64,000 bases of DNA from Alphaproteobacteria bacterium (GCA_965261735.1 OZ253470.1:4608001-4672000), one strand, 5' to 3'; counted from the stretch's first letter, positions 32,469-43,210 are shown. Program-made: numbers and translations. Notes: generated from the sequence alone by a model not told the origin.

Positions 32469-33167
32469 CTAGCCGGCGGCGGCGGTTTTCTCCTCGAAGA
32501 GCGTGCCGGCATAGAACTCGCGCCGCTTCAAGCTGGCAACGAATTCATCCTTGAAGTTCCCCGGCACCGATCCGACGATACACTCGTTCACGAGCAACGC
32601 ATCCGACCAGGCCTGGACAAGCGGGAGCGACTCCATCAGGCCGCTCGAGAGCCGCTCTTCAACGAATGCGAACCGCTGTAAGAACGGAGCGTATGCGGCA
32701 TCCACCAGGCACAGGTTGGGACCATTGAAGTAGGGTCCGTCGTTGCCGCGCTCCTGGGCGATGGCCTGCTCGAGCTTGCTCAACCGCTGCGAGGCGAGCT
32801 CGAGCTTTTCGCTCACCGCCTCCCTCGACTTCGTGTAGTAGACCCCGCTGAGTCCGCTCGCGAAATCCGGCACGTAGTCGGTCCACGCCCGATTGCGGGC
32901 GCGCCTGATGGGATCGTCCGGATGGAGCCTCGGCTCGACCATCTCGTCGAGGTACTCGGCGATCGCGCTCGACTCGAACAGGGGCTGCTCGTCGACCACG
33001 AGGACGGGCACCTTCCCGTGCGGCGAGATTTCGAGGAACCAACCGGGTTTGTCGGTGAGGTCGACGTAGGTGACCTCGAATTCAACCTGCTTGGCGCGCA
33101 TTACAATCACGGCGCGCTGAACCCAGGGTCACAAAAGGTGGCTGATCAAGTGGTACTTCTTCACCAT
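32469..33167 (-). CDS. Glutathione S-transferase, probable selenoprotein (UGA at codon 13)
   Basis: ATG 33167: MVKKYHLISHLL-TGA-PWVQRAVIVM, in frame with ORF 32469..33110 (ISPHGKVPVL, LFESSAIAEYLDE); hairpin follows the UGA. GST identity is firm; Sec is inferred. Confidence 0.8.
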
Positions 33168-33254
33168 GGAGCGTCTTCCCCGCGGATTTGTCGGTAACCA
33201 TAGGGCTAGATCCCACTGCCGTCAAAGGCACCCGGGCCAGGCGGCAAGCTCGAC

Positions 33255-33390
33255 CGTAAGGGCGGCGTAGTGACGACCGGGCGCCGACGAGCACCTTCGC
33301 GTGCCAGATCGTGTTGTGGAGGGGCCGGCGCCCAACCGCGTACGCGACCGCGCCCATCGTATAGGTAATCCCGCCGACCAGGAGACGGTG
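33255..33390 (-). pseudogene. Hemolysin III/PAQR-like membrane protein 3' remnant
   Basis: LLVGGITYTMGAVAY...HNTIWH, with HYAAL in a shifted frame. Confidence 0.4.
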
Positions 33391-33444
33391 AGCGCCGGAG
33401 CCCCTACTGCCGCCACCACTGCCGGAAAAATAGGGGAGGAAAGC

Positions 33445-33816
33445 ATGAATGCGACACTGGAGAGCCCGACGGAGGTCGTCGAGGCCTACGTCACGGCGGT
33501 GCGGACGTCCGATCTCGATCTGCTGCGCTCGCTCTGCGCCGACGACATGGAGTTGGTCAGCCTGCGCATGGCGGGTATCGAGAGCGGGCGGATGAAAGGC
33601 GCCGACGCGATTGTCGCCTTCTACGGCCAGTTTCTCGGAGAGTGGGGCGGCGCCGATCCGCATCCTGGACCGCTCCTGGTTTCCGGCAATACCGTCGCGG
33701 TCGAAATAGAGGCTCATCACGCCGACAGGATCGACGAGGTCGCGGACTTCTTCACCATCGAGAACGGCAAGATCACCCGGCTTGCCGTGTACTCCGGCCC
33801 GAGTCGACCGAAGTGA
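33445..33816 (+). CDS. SnoaL/NTF2-like protein
   Basis: 123 aa; VVEAYV..DLDLLRSLCADD, GADAIVAFY, FTIENGKITRL; GGAGG RBS. Confidence 0.8.
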   Translation: MNATLESPTEVVEAYVTAVRTSDLDLLRSLCADDMELVSLRMAGIESGRMKGADAIVAFYGQFLGEWGGADPHPGPLLVSGNTVAVEIEAHHADRIDEVADFFTIENGKITRLAVYSGPSRPK

Positions 33817-33839
33817 TAGGCCGCCCGACGACGCGCTAG

Positions 33840-34986
33840 TGGATTGATCGGAACGAAAGAGTCCGATTTGAGATTCCGTATTGTGCGGTGTCATGCGAGT
33901 CTGTGCTATGCGCACCGGCATCCATTTTACTGTCACGTCTGGCGACCGTCAGCGATTGCAAGCTATCGTCGCGGACCCGAAGAGCTCGCAGAAACATGTC
34001 TGGCGGGCGCGGATCATCCTGAAGAGCGACGAGGGGCTCGGGAACTCGTCGATCATGGCCGAGACCGGCAAGTCCAAGACCTGTGTCTGGCGCTGGCAGG
34101 AGCGGTTCATGCACGAGGGTGTCAACGGCTTGCTTCGCGACAGGTCCCGTCCGCCTGGCAAAGCGCCGATCCCGCCGGAGCGCGTCGCCGAGATCGTCCG
34201 CCTGACCCAGCAAGCGCCGCCGCACGAGGCGACCCACTGGACGCTGCGCGCGATGGCGAAGGTTGCTGGCGTCGCGGCGTCGACGGTCCAAGCGATCTGG
34301 AAGGCCCATGGCCTCAGCCCGCACCGCTGGCGGCACTTCAAGCTCTCCAATGATCCCGCCTTCGCCGAGAAGCTCACAGATATCGTCGGCTTGTATGTCG
34401 ATCCGCCGGCCCATGCCGTGGTGCTGTCGGTTGATGAGAAATCACAGATCCAGGCGCTCGACCGCACCCAACCCGGCTTGCCGATGAAGAAGGGCCGCGC
34501 CGGTACGATGACCTATGATTACAAACGGCATGGCACGACGACGCTGTTCGCCGCGCTCAACGTGCTGGACGGTACGGTCATCGCACAGAACATGCAGCGC
34601 CACCGCCATCAGGAGTTCATCCGCTTCCTCAACCGCATCGAGCGCGAGGTGCCGACGGACAAGGCCGTCCACGTCATCCTCGACAACTACGCCGCGCACA
34701 AGAAGGACAAGGTCCGCGCCTGGCTCGCCCGCCATCCACGCTGGACCTTCCACTTCACGCCAACCTCGTGCTCGTGGCTCAATGCCGTCGAGGGCTTCTT
34801 CGCCAAACTAACGCGGCGCAGGCTCAAATACGGCGTCTTCCAATCCGTCGTCGACCTTCAGGACGCCATCAACCGATTTGTCCGCGAATACAATGACGCA
34901 AACCCAAAACCCTTCATCTGGAAAGCCGACCCCGATCATATCATCGCCGCACGAAACAGAGGGTTCCAAACGTTGGAATCAATCCA
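33840..34986 (+). mobile_element. IS630-family element, copy 2 (transposase 33908-34990)
   Basis: Same length and protein sequence as copy 1; CTAG at 33836-33839 and 34987-34990. Confidence 0.93.
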
Positions 34987-35005
34987 CTAGGTCGCGCCCA
35001 GGCTC

Positions 35006-36163
35006 CTATTCGGCGCCCCCATCCTCGGCCGGTTGGCTCGCGATTTCCTTGAAGTCCGGCTGGAACCATTTCTGGGCGATCAGTGTCGGCACCACGGCGC
35101 TGCCGATCACCGCCGTGACGAGAATGGTGTATTGATCCTGGTTGATGATGTTGTTGGTGAGGCCGAACAGGGCCGAGATGGTGCCGAAGGTAAGGCCCGT
35201 CGACATCATGAGGGTCGTGTAGATGCCCTCGCGAGGTTCGAACCTGAAGACCTTCGTCAACGGCCAGATACCGGCGAATTTGGTCAGCATTTTCAGCCCC
35301 AGCAGCACCGCGATAAGGCCCGCGGACGCGGCCACGGTCTCGAACTTCACGAGCGAGCCAGCCGTCAGGAAGTAGAACGGCGTCAGAATCGAGAAAGCGA
35401 TCATGCGCATCCGCTGAGCGATCTTCGCCTGCCGCAGGAAGAATGGCGCCAGCGCCATGCCGACCAGGTAGGCGGGCAGGACCGCCTCGCTCTTGGCGAT
35501 GGCGCCGAGGCCGCCGAGCAGGAATAGGACGAGAAGGATGAGCTTGATCTCGGGCTCGCTCACGCGCTCTCCGACCCTGGCGAAGAACCACGGCACGAGC
35601 CGCGGCAGCAGCCATAGGGCGAAACCGGTCGCTGCCGCGAACAGGGCGAGCCACAAATTGTAGTTGGCGAAAACGATGCCGAGCGCGAGCACGGTGCCGA
35701 CGTCGTTCACGAAGCATCCGGCGAGAATGATCTTGCCGATCTCGGTGCGGTTGAAGCCGGTTTCGACCATGACCGCGTACACAACCGCGACCGACGTTGT
35801 CGACAGCGCGATCCCCGCGATCTGCGCCTGCGGCCAAGGCCATTCGAGGACGAAGTGCGCATAGGCGAGCACGCCGAGATAGGGCGCGAGAAAGCCGACC
35901 ACGCCAATGCCGAGCGTCGACCAGGCATGACGCCTGATCACCGCCGGGTCGATTTCGGTGCCCGCCAGGAAGGTGAGCAACACGGCGCCCACGCCGGCGA
36001 GGTAGCCGATCCACTCGTTCGGCGTCATGCCGAGGAGGTTGCCGCCGAGCGTTCCGACGATGATTTCGACGAGGGCGACGGAGATGCCGATGCGGATCGA
36101 GATCAGCGACGCGAGGAGTGCGAGGCCGATCCACAGCGCCGAGACCAGCCAGACGTTCTCCAT
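35006..36163 (-). CDS. Cation:proton antiporter (CPA2/KefB-like)
   Basis: Multi-TM; LTFLAGTEID, ALSTTSVAVV, FVND, PFYF, STGLTFG. Confidence 0.85.
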   Translation of the reverse strand: MENVWLVSALWIGLALLASLISIRIGISVALVEIIVGTLGGNLLGMTPNEWIGYLAGVGAVLLTFLAGTEIDPAVIRRHAWSTLGIGVVGFLAPYLGVLAYAHFVLEWPWPQAQIAGIALSTTSVAVVYAVMVETGFNRTEIGKIILAGCFVNDVGTVLALGIVFANYNLWLALFAAATGFALWLLPRLVPWFFARVGERVSEPEIKLILLVLFLLGGLGAIAKSEAVLPAYLVGMALAPFFLRQAKIAQRMRMIAFSILTPFYFLTAGSLVKFETVAASAGLIAVLLGLKMLTKFAGIWPLTKVFRFEPREGIYTTLMMSTGLTFGTISALFGLTNNIINQDQYTILVTAVIGSAVVPTLIAQKWFQPDFKEIASQPAEDGGAE

Positions 36164-36224
36164 TTTTCGTCAGCCCTCAGCTTCGCCGACGCCGGAAGCA
36201 CCGCACTCGCGCCGTTCACGCACG

Positions 36225-36247
36225 AAAAAACCCGCCGTCGGGCAGGC
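36225..36247 (-). terminator. Intrinsic terminator in the antiporter 5' leader
   Basis: Minus strand GCCTGCC-CGAC-GGCGGG-TTTTTT, ~60 nt upstream of the ATG. Confidence 0.65.
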
Positions 36248-36287
36248 GAATCAATCAACCGCGTCGCGCGCGCTACCCGCGCGATTC
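36248..36287 (-). ncRNA. Candidate riboswitch aptamer (Na+/DUF1646-like)
   Basis: Minus strand GAATCG-CGC-GGGTA-GCG-loop-CGC-GGTTGA-T-TGATTC abutting a terminator upstream of a KefB-like gene; class assignment is from recollection of the consensus. Confidence 0.45.
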
Positions 36288-36428
36288 ATGGGCGCGAAAC
36301 CTAGGGGATTGGCGCCTGGGCGTCAATCGGCGCCAGCGCGACCGGCATGAGCGATGCCCCATGGCGGACGCGATCCGCCACGACGTATATACTTCAAGCT
36401 CACGCACCCCTGACGACGGAGGCAGGCC

Positions 36429-37571
36429 ATGGCCGGCAACGTGACGCGGCTGCAACACAAGAACAGCTTCCACCCCGAGGCCGAACGCTCCGCCACGCTG
36501 CCGGCGCACTACTACTACGACCCGGACATCGCCCGGCGCGAAAAGGAAGAGGTGTTCTACAAGACGTGGCAGTTCGTCGGCTATCGACACGACCTCGCCG
36601 AGGCCGGGAGTTATCTCACGGCCACCATCGTCGACCAGCCGATCTTCGTCGTGCGCGCCAAGGACGGGAAGTTGCGCGCCTTCTACAACGTGTGCATGCA
36701 CCGCGGCCATATCCTGCTCGAGGGCAAGGGCAACGTGCGCATGATCACGTGCCCGTTCCACGCCTGGACCTATGACCTCGAGGGCAACCTCAAGGCCGCC
36801 GGCAACTCGGAGAACGTGGCGGGCTTCGATCACGGCGATTTCTGCCTGCCCGAGATCCAGGTCGAGGAGTTCATCCACATGGTGTTCGTGAACCTCGATG
36901 CGGACGCCCCGGCGCTCGCCAGCCAAGTGGAAGGCATGGAGGCCGAGGTACGCGAGACGGTGCACAATCTCGATGACCTGACGTTTGCCCGGCGCGACCG
37001 TTACGACATCAAGTGCAACTGGAAATTCATTTTCGACGGTCTCGAATGCTACCACTGCCCGCACATCCATCCCGAGGCGACGAACTCGCTCGACTGGGAG
37101 CTTCGCAAGTCGTGGGAGTACGGGATCTGGCAGCGCCACAGCAATCCGATCCGCGGCGACACGGGCGACAATCCCGACCGTCCTTACCGGGTCGAATCGA
37201 GCGATCCGCAGCGCGGCTCCAACATCTGGTATCTGTGGCCCAACCTGATTCTCATTTCGCACTGGGGCCTCTCCAACTTCAAGACGATGCACATTCTTCC
37301 GGCGGGCCCGGAGACGGCCGTCCAGAACGTCGACAGCTTCTGTCTCGCCAACCCGCCGACGGAGAGCGACATCGCCGGCATGAACCGTTTCCGCGACGTG
37401 GCCCAAGCCCAGGACATCCACGCGATGGAGCGGCAGCAGCTCGGCGTCCACGCCCGTGGCTACCAGCAGGGTCGCTTGATGGTCGACGCGGAGCACTCGT
37501 GGCGCAGCGAGCACGCGGTGCACCACTACAACAAGCTGCTGTGGGAGGCGCTCAACGGCCCGACCTATTAG
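36429..37571 (+). CDS. CntA/YeaW-like Rieske oxygenase alpha subunit (paralogue 3)
   Basis: CMHRG...CPFHAW, NWKFIFDGLECYHCPHIHP, AQD, QGRLMVD..SEHAVHHY. Confidence 0.88.
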   Translation: MAGNVTRLQHKNSFHPEAERSATLPAHYYYDPDIARREKEEVFYKTWQFVGYRHDLAEAGSYLTATIVDQPIFVVRAKDGKLRAFYNVCMHRGHILLEGKGNVRMITCPFHAWTYDLEGNLKAAGNSENVAGFDHGDFCLPEIQVEEFIHMVFVNLDADAPALASQVEGMEAEVRETVHNLDDLTFARRDRYDIKCNWKFIFDGLECYHCPHIHPEATNSLDWELRKSWEYGIWQRHSNPIRGDTGDNPDRPYRVESSDPQRGSNIWYLWPNLILISHWGLSNFKTMHILPAGPETAVQNVDSFCLANPPTESDIAGMNRFRDVAQAQDIHAMERQQLGVHARGYQQGRLMVDAEHSWRSEHAVHHYNKLLWEALNGPTY

Positions 37572-37589
37572 GGTGTGTACTCAAAACTG

Positions 37590-37665
37590 AGGGTCTGCTT
37601 ACGGTCACATTGCAGACCTTTGAAGACCCCGCCGCGGAGTGCCGCCATGACCCAGTGCGGACATT
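37590..37665. repeat. Pair of short imperfect palindromes (GTCYGC-N11-13-GCRGAC type)
   Basis: GGTCTGC-N13-GCAGACC (37592-37618) and CCGC-N11-GCGGACAT; more degenerate pairs at ~38348-38416 and ~42492-42569. Confidence 0.45.
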
Positions 37666-37923
37666 TCACAAAAGAAAATGGCGGCCTCGTGATACCGCCT
37701 TTTACCGTGCATGCACCGCGATGCTAGGTTCATCTGCAACTAGGATGAAGGACGGGGTATGGCGGAACGCGCGGCCGAAGTTCAGGACCAGTGGATACGG
37801 AAGGGCGTACTTGCTCGGATTGACGCAACTGCGCAATTTGCGTGTTGGCTTCTGTTGCCGCTGGTGACGGCTTGTCATCCGCAAGCAGATTGGCGGAATT
37901 TGGATCGATAAGGAGTTAGTGAG

Positions 37924-38334
37924 ATGGCGAGGGTAAGATATATTGTAGATGATGTTGAAGAGGCTGTTGCCTTCTACGTCTCGAAACTGGGATTTGAGAT
38001 CGAATTAAATTTCGCTCCGGCGATAGCAATCCTGGTTCTTGGCAACTTAACCTTATTGGTTTCAGGGCCCAAAGCATCAGCGTCCTTGCCAATGCTAGAT
38101 GGCATTACACCCAGTCCGGGAGGAGGCTGGAACAGAATCCTCTTGGATTTCGATGATTTGGAATCCGTCGTCTCAAGGCTCAAGGCTGATGGTGTAAAAT
38201 TCAGAAATGATATTCTGGACGGGGTAGGGGGCAAGCAGATTATCTGTGAAGATCCTTTTGGCAACGTAGTTGAGCTCACTCAGCCGCCCGCACAGGCTTC
38301 TTCCCTCCAACACGGCCTTTTCGTGGGCCTTTGA
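37924..38334 (+). CDS. VOC/glyoxalase family protein
   Basis: VRYIVDDVEEAVAFY..LGF, PGGGWNRI, GGKQIICEDPFGNVVEL; AAGGAG RBS; visibly lower GC. Confidence 0.85.
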   Translation: MARVRYIVDDVEEAVAFYVSKLGFEIELNFAPAIAILVLGNLTLLVSGPKASASLPMLDGITPSPGGGWNRILLDFDDLESVVSRLKADGVKFRNDILDGVGGKQIICEDPFGNVVELTQPPAQASSLQHGLFVGL

Positions 38335-38920
38335 CGGATCATCCGTTGGTCCGGTTGGCTAGAAGGCGAAGTTCGGACCAGGTCGCCGGTGCGACCGCTC
38401 TACCCCTGAAAACCGGCTCAGGGCGACGTTGCGCTGACAATCCAAGTCGCGCTGTCCATCATCACGCCGCTGTCTGTCTGAAAATCGGCAAGCGCTTGAC
38501 AGAGCTCGTCCTCAACTCGCGTCTTGATATCTTCCGGTGCATCGACGAGTAGCCTCGCCGTTGGGCCTAATTGAGCGAGCTGCTTGGACGACGCAGCCGG
38601 TTCATTCTGCAAGGGAACCGCAGCTTCAAGTGAATCTAATTCAATGTCGCTGAAGCCTGCTCCCGATAGGATTCGTTGAACTCGATCGGGATCAGCGAAG
38701 GCCATTGGACCAGGTTCTTCGGGCCCGTTGCGGAGCGGCGCCGGAAGGTACTTCAGCGCAATCTCGAACGGGATCTCCAGCCAAGGGTTCGAATTCAACG
38801 CCTGCCAACACACGAACGCGAGGCGTCCGCCAGATTTTATACCACCGCGAATATTTGAAAACGCTGAAATTGGGTCGAGGAAAAACATCACGCCGAAGCG
38901 AGAAAATACACGATCGAAAG

Positions 38921-41900
38921 GGGTGCGAGTCTCGCATGGCAGTGATGTCTGCGATCGTGTCCCGCGGAGTGGTGTAAGAGCGTTGCGCTCTACGCGGCTC
39001 CCGGCGGATAGGGCCGGGACGTTCAGGCTGCCACGGTGGGCAGCGTGATGGGGACACCATCGCTCAGCGGAGCGATGGATTCCAGCGTCATGTATCTCCT
39101 TGAGACGGCCCACTCGTCGTTCTGCTCGAGAAGGATGGCGCCGACGAGCCGTGTGATGGCGGCTTCGTTGGGAAAGATACCGACGACGTTGGTGCGACGC
39201 TTGACCTCGGCATGGAGCCGTTCGATCGGGTTTGTGGAGTGCAATTTCTGGCGGTGCTCCCTGGAGAAGCTCATGTAGGCGAGGACGTCGTGCTCGGCTT
39301 CGTCCATGAGAACTGCCAGCTTGGGCACCTTGGGCCTGAGCTGGTCGGCGACCTGGCGCCACTGGACCTTCGCGCTGTCGGCGTCCTCCTGGGCGAAGGC
39401 GGTGGCGACGAAGGCGGAGACGACGCGCCGGCCCTGGCGGCCGGCATGGGCCAGCAGGTTGCGGGCGAAGTGCACGCGGCAGCGCTGCCATGTGGCGCCG
39501 AGGATCCGGGTCGCGGCGGCCTTCAGGCCCTTGTGGTCGTCGGAGATCACCAGCTTCACGCCGCGCAGCCCGCGCCGGGCCAGCGAGCGCAGGAACTCGG
39601 TCCAGAAGGTCTCGGCCTCCGACGCGCCGATCGCCACGCCCAGGACCTCGCGGCGGCCTTGGTCGTTGACGGCCACAGCCACGGTCACCGCGACCGAGAC
39701 GATGCGTCCGGTCTGGCGCACCTTCACGTAGGTGGCGTCGAGCCACAGATAGGGCCAGTCGCCCTCCAGCGGTCGATCGAGGAAGCCGGTGACCTTATCG
39801 TCGATCTCGCCGCACAGCCTGGAGACCTGGCTCTTGGAGGCGCCCGACATCCCCATCGCCTGAACCAGATCGTCGACCGAGCGGGTCGACACCCCCTGGA
39901 TGTAGGCCTCCTGGATCACCGCAGCCAGCGCCTTCTCGGGATCTTCAGCTCGACCGTGCCGGCCCGCGTCTCCCAGGACCGGTCGCGGTAGCCGTTGCGA
40001 TGGGTGATACGATCCGCCGAGCGCTCGCCGTGCCCGGCGCCGGTCAGGCCCTCAACCTCCAGTGCCATCAGCCGCTCGGCCGTGAAGCCGATCATCTCGC
40101 AAAGCAGATCGGCATCGGAGCTCTTCTCCAAAAGCGCGCGCAGGGTCATCATGTCCTGGGTCATCGTGGTTCTCCTTCGGGTCAGGTTGGTTTGCACTAG
40201 CCCAACCCTAAACCGGAACCGCGATGGCCTCCGCTGTGGATAGCCGGCTTGCCTACGCCAGACTCTCGGCGGTCGCTACGGCAAGCCGCCTACCCACAGC
40301 TACCAGAGGCTCCAACAACTCCTACACCACGTCCTGGGACACGACCATGTCTGCGGCTTGGTTCGTTGAGTTCAGGCAGCTGATTGCCATGGCTGCTGCA
40401 CGTGGACTGATGTTGTCGTTGGCCGGTGTGTCGGTTGCGCTGATCAGGGCCTTCCATGCGCGCTCGAAGCGGCCGGATTTGATCAGGGCGCGGAAGGTCA
40501 GAACAGCCTGTCCGCCGACGATCCGCCAGCGCATGCCGGAGCGCTTCATGCGCTGTGTCACCAGGGATCTTGTTGGCAGCCTCGACCACGCCTGAGCCGA
40601 TGGCGATGCCCTCTTCCTTCAGGGCGTGGTAGCGCATGCGATGGCGATGCTTGCGGAAGAAGGCGAGTTCCCGCTCGGTCTCGGCCCGGTCCGGCGCAGC
40701 GGCGGCATCGCGAAGGTGGCGCAGCGCCCGGATCACCTTGGCGACGCCACGGGGATCGTGACGGATGGATCTCGCGGCACTTCTCGAACCAGCCGGGCGC
40801 CACGGCATGGTCGGACGCGGTTTGCAGATGTTCGCAAGCATGCCAGAAGTCGATCACCTCGGTTTCGGGCGACAGGGTCTCCAGGAAGGTCCAGTTGTCG
40901 GCGGCGCCATCGGCGATAGCGACGATCCCGATCTCGGGGCGTGCTCGCCTGATGTGTGCGACTTCGCTTGCAAGCTGCGCCTTCAGCGTGAGCTTGCCGC
41001 TCTCCGGCATGGGGCCGAGATAGAGGGTCTTCAGGCGCTTGCCCTCGGCGTCGTGGAAGGAGACCGTGCCGCAGGCGGCCTCGCGCCAGGAGGCCTTGGC
41101 GCGACCGTCCTCGCCGGGTCTCAGCGGCACCATGACGCCGTCGAGGGAGACCGAGGCGGTGGTCGCGTCCTGCGGTATGCCCTCGGCCTCACGGATGCTG
41201 CCCAGCGTCTCCGGGCCGAGGCTCTCCCAGCATTCGTGCATGCTCAGGGTCAGGCGCTCACCGACGGCGTCATGGCGCCGGTCTTCGCAAAGAACGCCGC
41301 CGCTTCCCGGGCCGTGCAGCGACCCATCATCAGCAGACCGAGCTCGGCCGCCGGCCGCGTCAGGTAATCGTCGACGAGGCCCAGGCTCTCGTCGACCGGC
41401 ACCGGCGATGCCCCGCTCGCGCCGCTGCGGTAACGCGCTCGCCGGTAGGTCACCGGACCGAGCGAGGTCATGATCGTCTTCGGCGTCACCGCGACCCGGA
41501 ACCAGCTCTGCCCGTCCCGCTCGATCCGGGAAGCGCCATCGTCCCGGTTCTCGATGACGGCGCCCATGACATCGCGAGCGAACTCGTTCGTGGCCTCACG
41601 CACCCGCAACTCGACCTCCTCGGGCGCCTCGGGGCGCGGCTCGGAACGAAGCTCCTCGCGACACAGTGCGAGCACCCGGGCGACCGCCTCGACGACCCGA
41701 GGAGGCAGGCCGGAAAGATCGATGGACGAAGGCGCCGGAGGCGGGGATACTGCCATGGGAATGCTCCCGATGTTGGGTTTCGAGACACGGCATCGTACCG
41801 CTTCTGGCGGTGCGGAGCGTTCCCACCTTCCCCTGCTCGACCCTGCCGTCGTGACAAAATCCTGCCTTGGAGCGGCCCATTGTCACGAATAGCCGTTTTC

Positions 41901-41968
41901 GGCCGTTCGTCTCGACACAAAAACGCACTAAATCAATCACTTGGATTTTCCATACCAGACCCACACCC
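38921..41968 (-). mobile_element. ISKra4-family element with frameshifted transposase (~41756-40350), carrying an IS256
   Basis: Ends GGGTGCGAGTCT / AGACCCACACCC; 8-bp duplication ATCGAAAG at 38913-38920 and 41969-41976; SLDGVMV, ADGAADNW, DFWHACEHL, IGSGVVEAA, RMKRSGMRW over several frames. Confidence 0.82.
38953..40346 (-). mobile_element. IS256-family element, transposase (40164-39023) broken by an internal deletion
   Basis: IRs GATCGTGTCCC..GTGGTGTA / TACACCAC..GGGACACGACC; 8-bp duplication ATGTCTGC at 38945-38952 and 40347-40354; RNGYR, GVSTR, LDATY, WQRCRVHF, STNPIER; KIP joins EKALAAV out of frame at ~39938. Confidence 0.9.
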
Positions 41969-42634
41969 ATCGAAAGTCTCCTCTTCGAAGGCATAGGTCG
42001 CAACGTCCTTGTTATCGAAGGTGACCCCGTCGATTTCGAGGGCTTCGAGGCGGGCGCGACCTACATCGAGCATGGGAGCAGAAACGTCGACGCCTAGCAC
42101 GCGACCCTTGGCGCCAACCCGGCGGGCAATCTCGATCGTGGTCGCCCCACTGCCGCAGCCGGTATCCAGCACCGTGTGCCCAGGTTGGATGTCACAGGCG
42201 TCCATTGCGGCTGCCCCCAGAGCATCAAGCATAACGTCCTGGCTGTCCGCGAGCGAAGCCCACCGGTCTCCCGCGGGGCCGTTCCAATATTCGATCTGCG
42301 GGGCGTTAACCCCGACTGCTTCCAACCGGCCCATAGGCTTCCTCCTTCGACACCAAGGATCCTTCCTGAGGTCCTTGCGGTTGGTCGAGCGTGTTCCGAT
42401 ACTGCCCGAAAATCAAGGCAAGCGGGCTGGAAGGGCTGACGCGCTGTGGCAAACGACATCGCGCTATGGTTGGCGACACCAACGGCCAGCGAATGTCTGT
42501 TCCCTGGGCTATACCCCGAAGTGACCGAAGCTCCGCCGGAGTTCTGCTTTCAGCGCACCTAGCGGACATCGGTGGGGCATTCTATTACGCGATTATCAAC
42601 TTGACACGTCACGGCGGGCGAGTACGCTTCGGGC

Positions 42635-43075
42635 ATGGACCAGAGCAAGATTCTCCTGGGCAAGGCCCTGTACGTGGTGCGGCTTCTGGGCTGGTTGTTG
42701 TTCTTCGGAGGTCTCGTATGGAGCGTCGTCTCATGGATTTGGGGCGGAGGCTTGAAGGAGTTGAGCACACCGGAATATGCCGCCTTCACTGCCATGTTCA
42801 GTGTGGCGTTCATTCATATGAGCTGGCATCTGCACCAGCCTTTCCGCCCATCCAATCGCTTGGGAGGTATGACCGATGAATTCACCAGCGTGCGGGTCAG
42901 TCTTGAATGGTATGTGAACCCCGGCCGAATTGGGCAGGTAGAAATAGAAGGGCGTGATGAGGAAAACGCTCGCAAACTAGCGAGAGCTTTAGACGGATTA
43001 CGTATTCCCCATCCACCTGTGACAGAAGGGGATCACTGCGGGCTGGCACAGATTTCTCGTCCGCCTTGGTGCTGA
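42635..43075 (+). CDS. Hypothetical membrane protein (IS passenger)
   Basis: 146 aa, two hydrophobic segments, inside the IRs and convergent with the transposase. Confidence 0.5.
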   Translation: MDQSKILLGKALYVVRLLGWLLFFGGLVWSVVSWIWGGGLKELSTPEYAAFTAMFSVAFIHMSWHLHQPFRPSNRLGGMTDEFTSVRVSLEWYVNPGRIGQVEIEGRDEENARKLARALDGLRIPHPPVTEGDHCGLAQISRPPWC

Positions 43076-43210
43076 AGCGAGAGTTCGGAACATACGCGGC
43101 GCTCGGCGCCTATGGGGAAAGATGCAATCGGAGGCGGGCGGTGAATAAAGACAATGCCTATCCGCCCGAGATCGCATGGCAACGCTTCGATGCGCTCTTG
43201 GACCGGATGC

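Larger units (their letters stand above)
38418..42334 (-). pseudogene. Class I SAM-dependent methyltransferase split by nested IS
   Basis: Joining 42334-41969 to 38912-38418 gives 286 aa: YWNGPAG..VLDTGCGSG..GVDVS..ETFD/RVFSRFGVMFF..GGRLAFVCW. Confidence 0.88.

Noticed and set aside
36164-36360. Fluoride (crcB) riboswitch upstream of the antiporter
   Set aside because: GGCGATGG...GCTGATGAC consensus not found; a different structure is present.
38418-39746. 442-aa ORF as a novel fusion protein
   Set aside because: Off-frame IS256 sequence reading into the methyltransferase C-terminal half.
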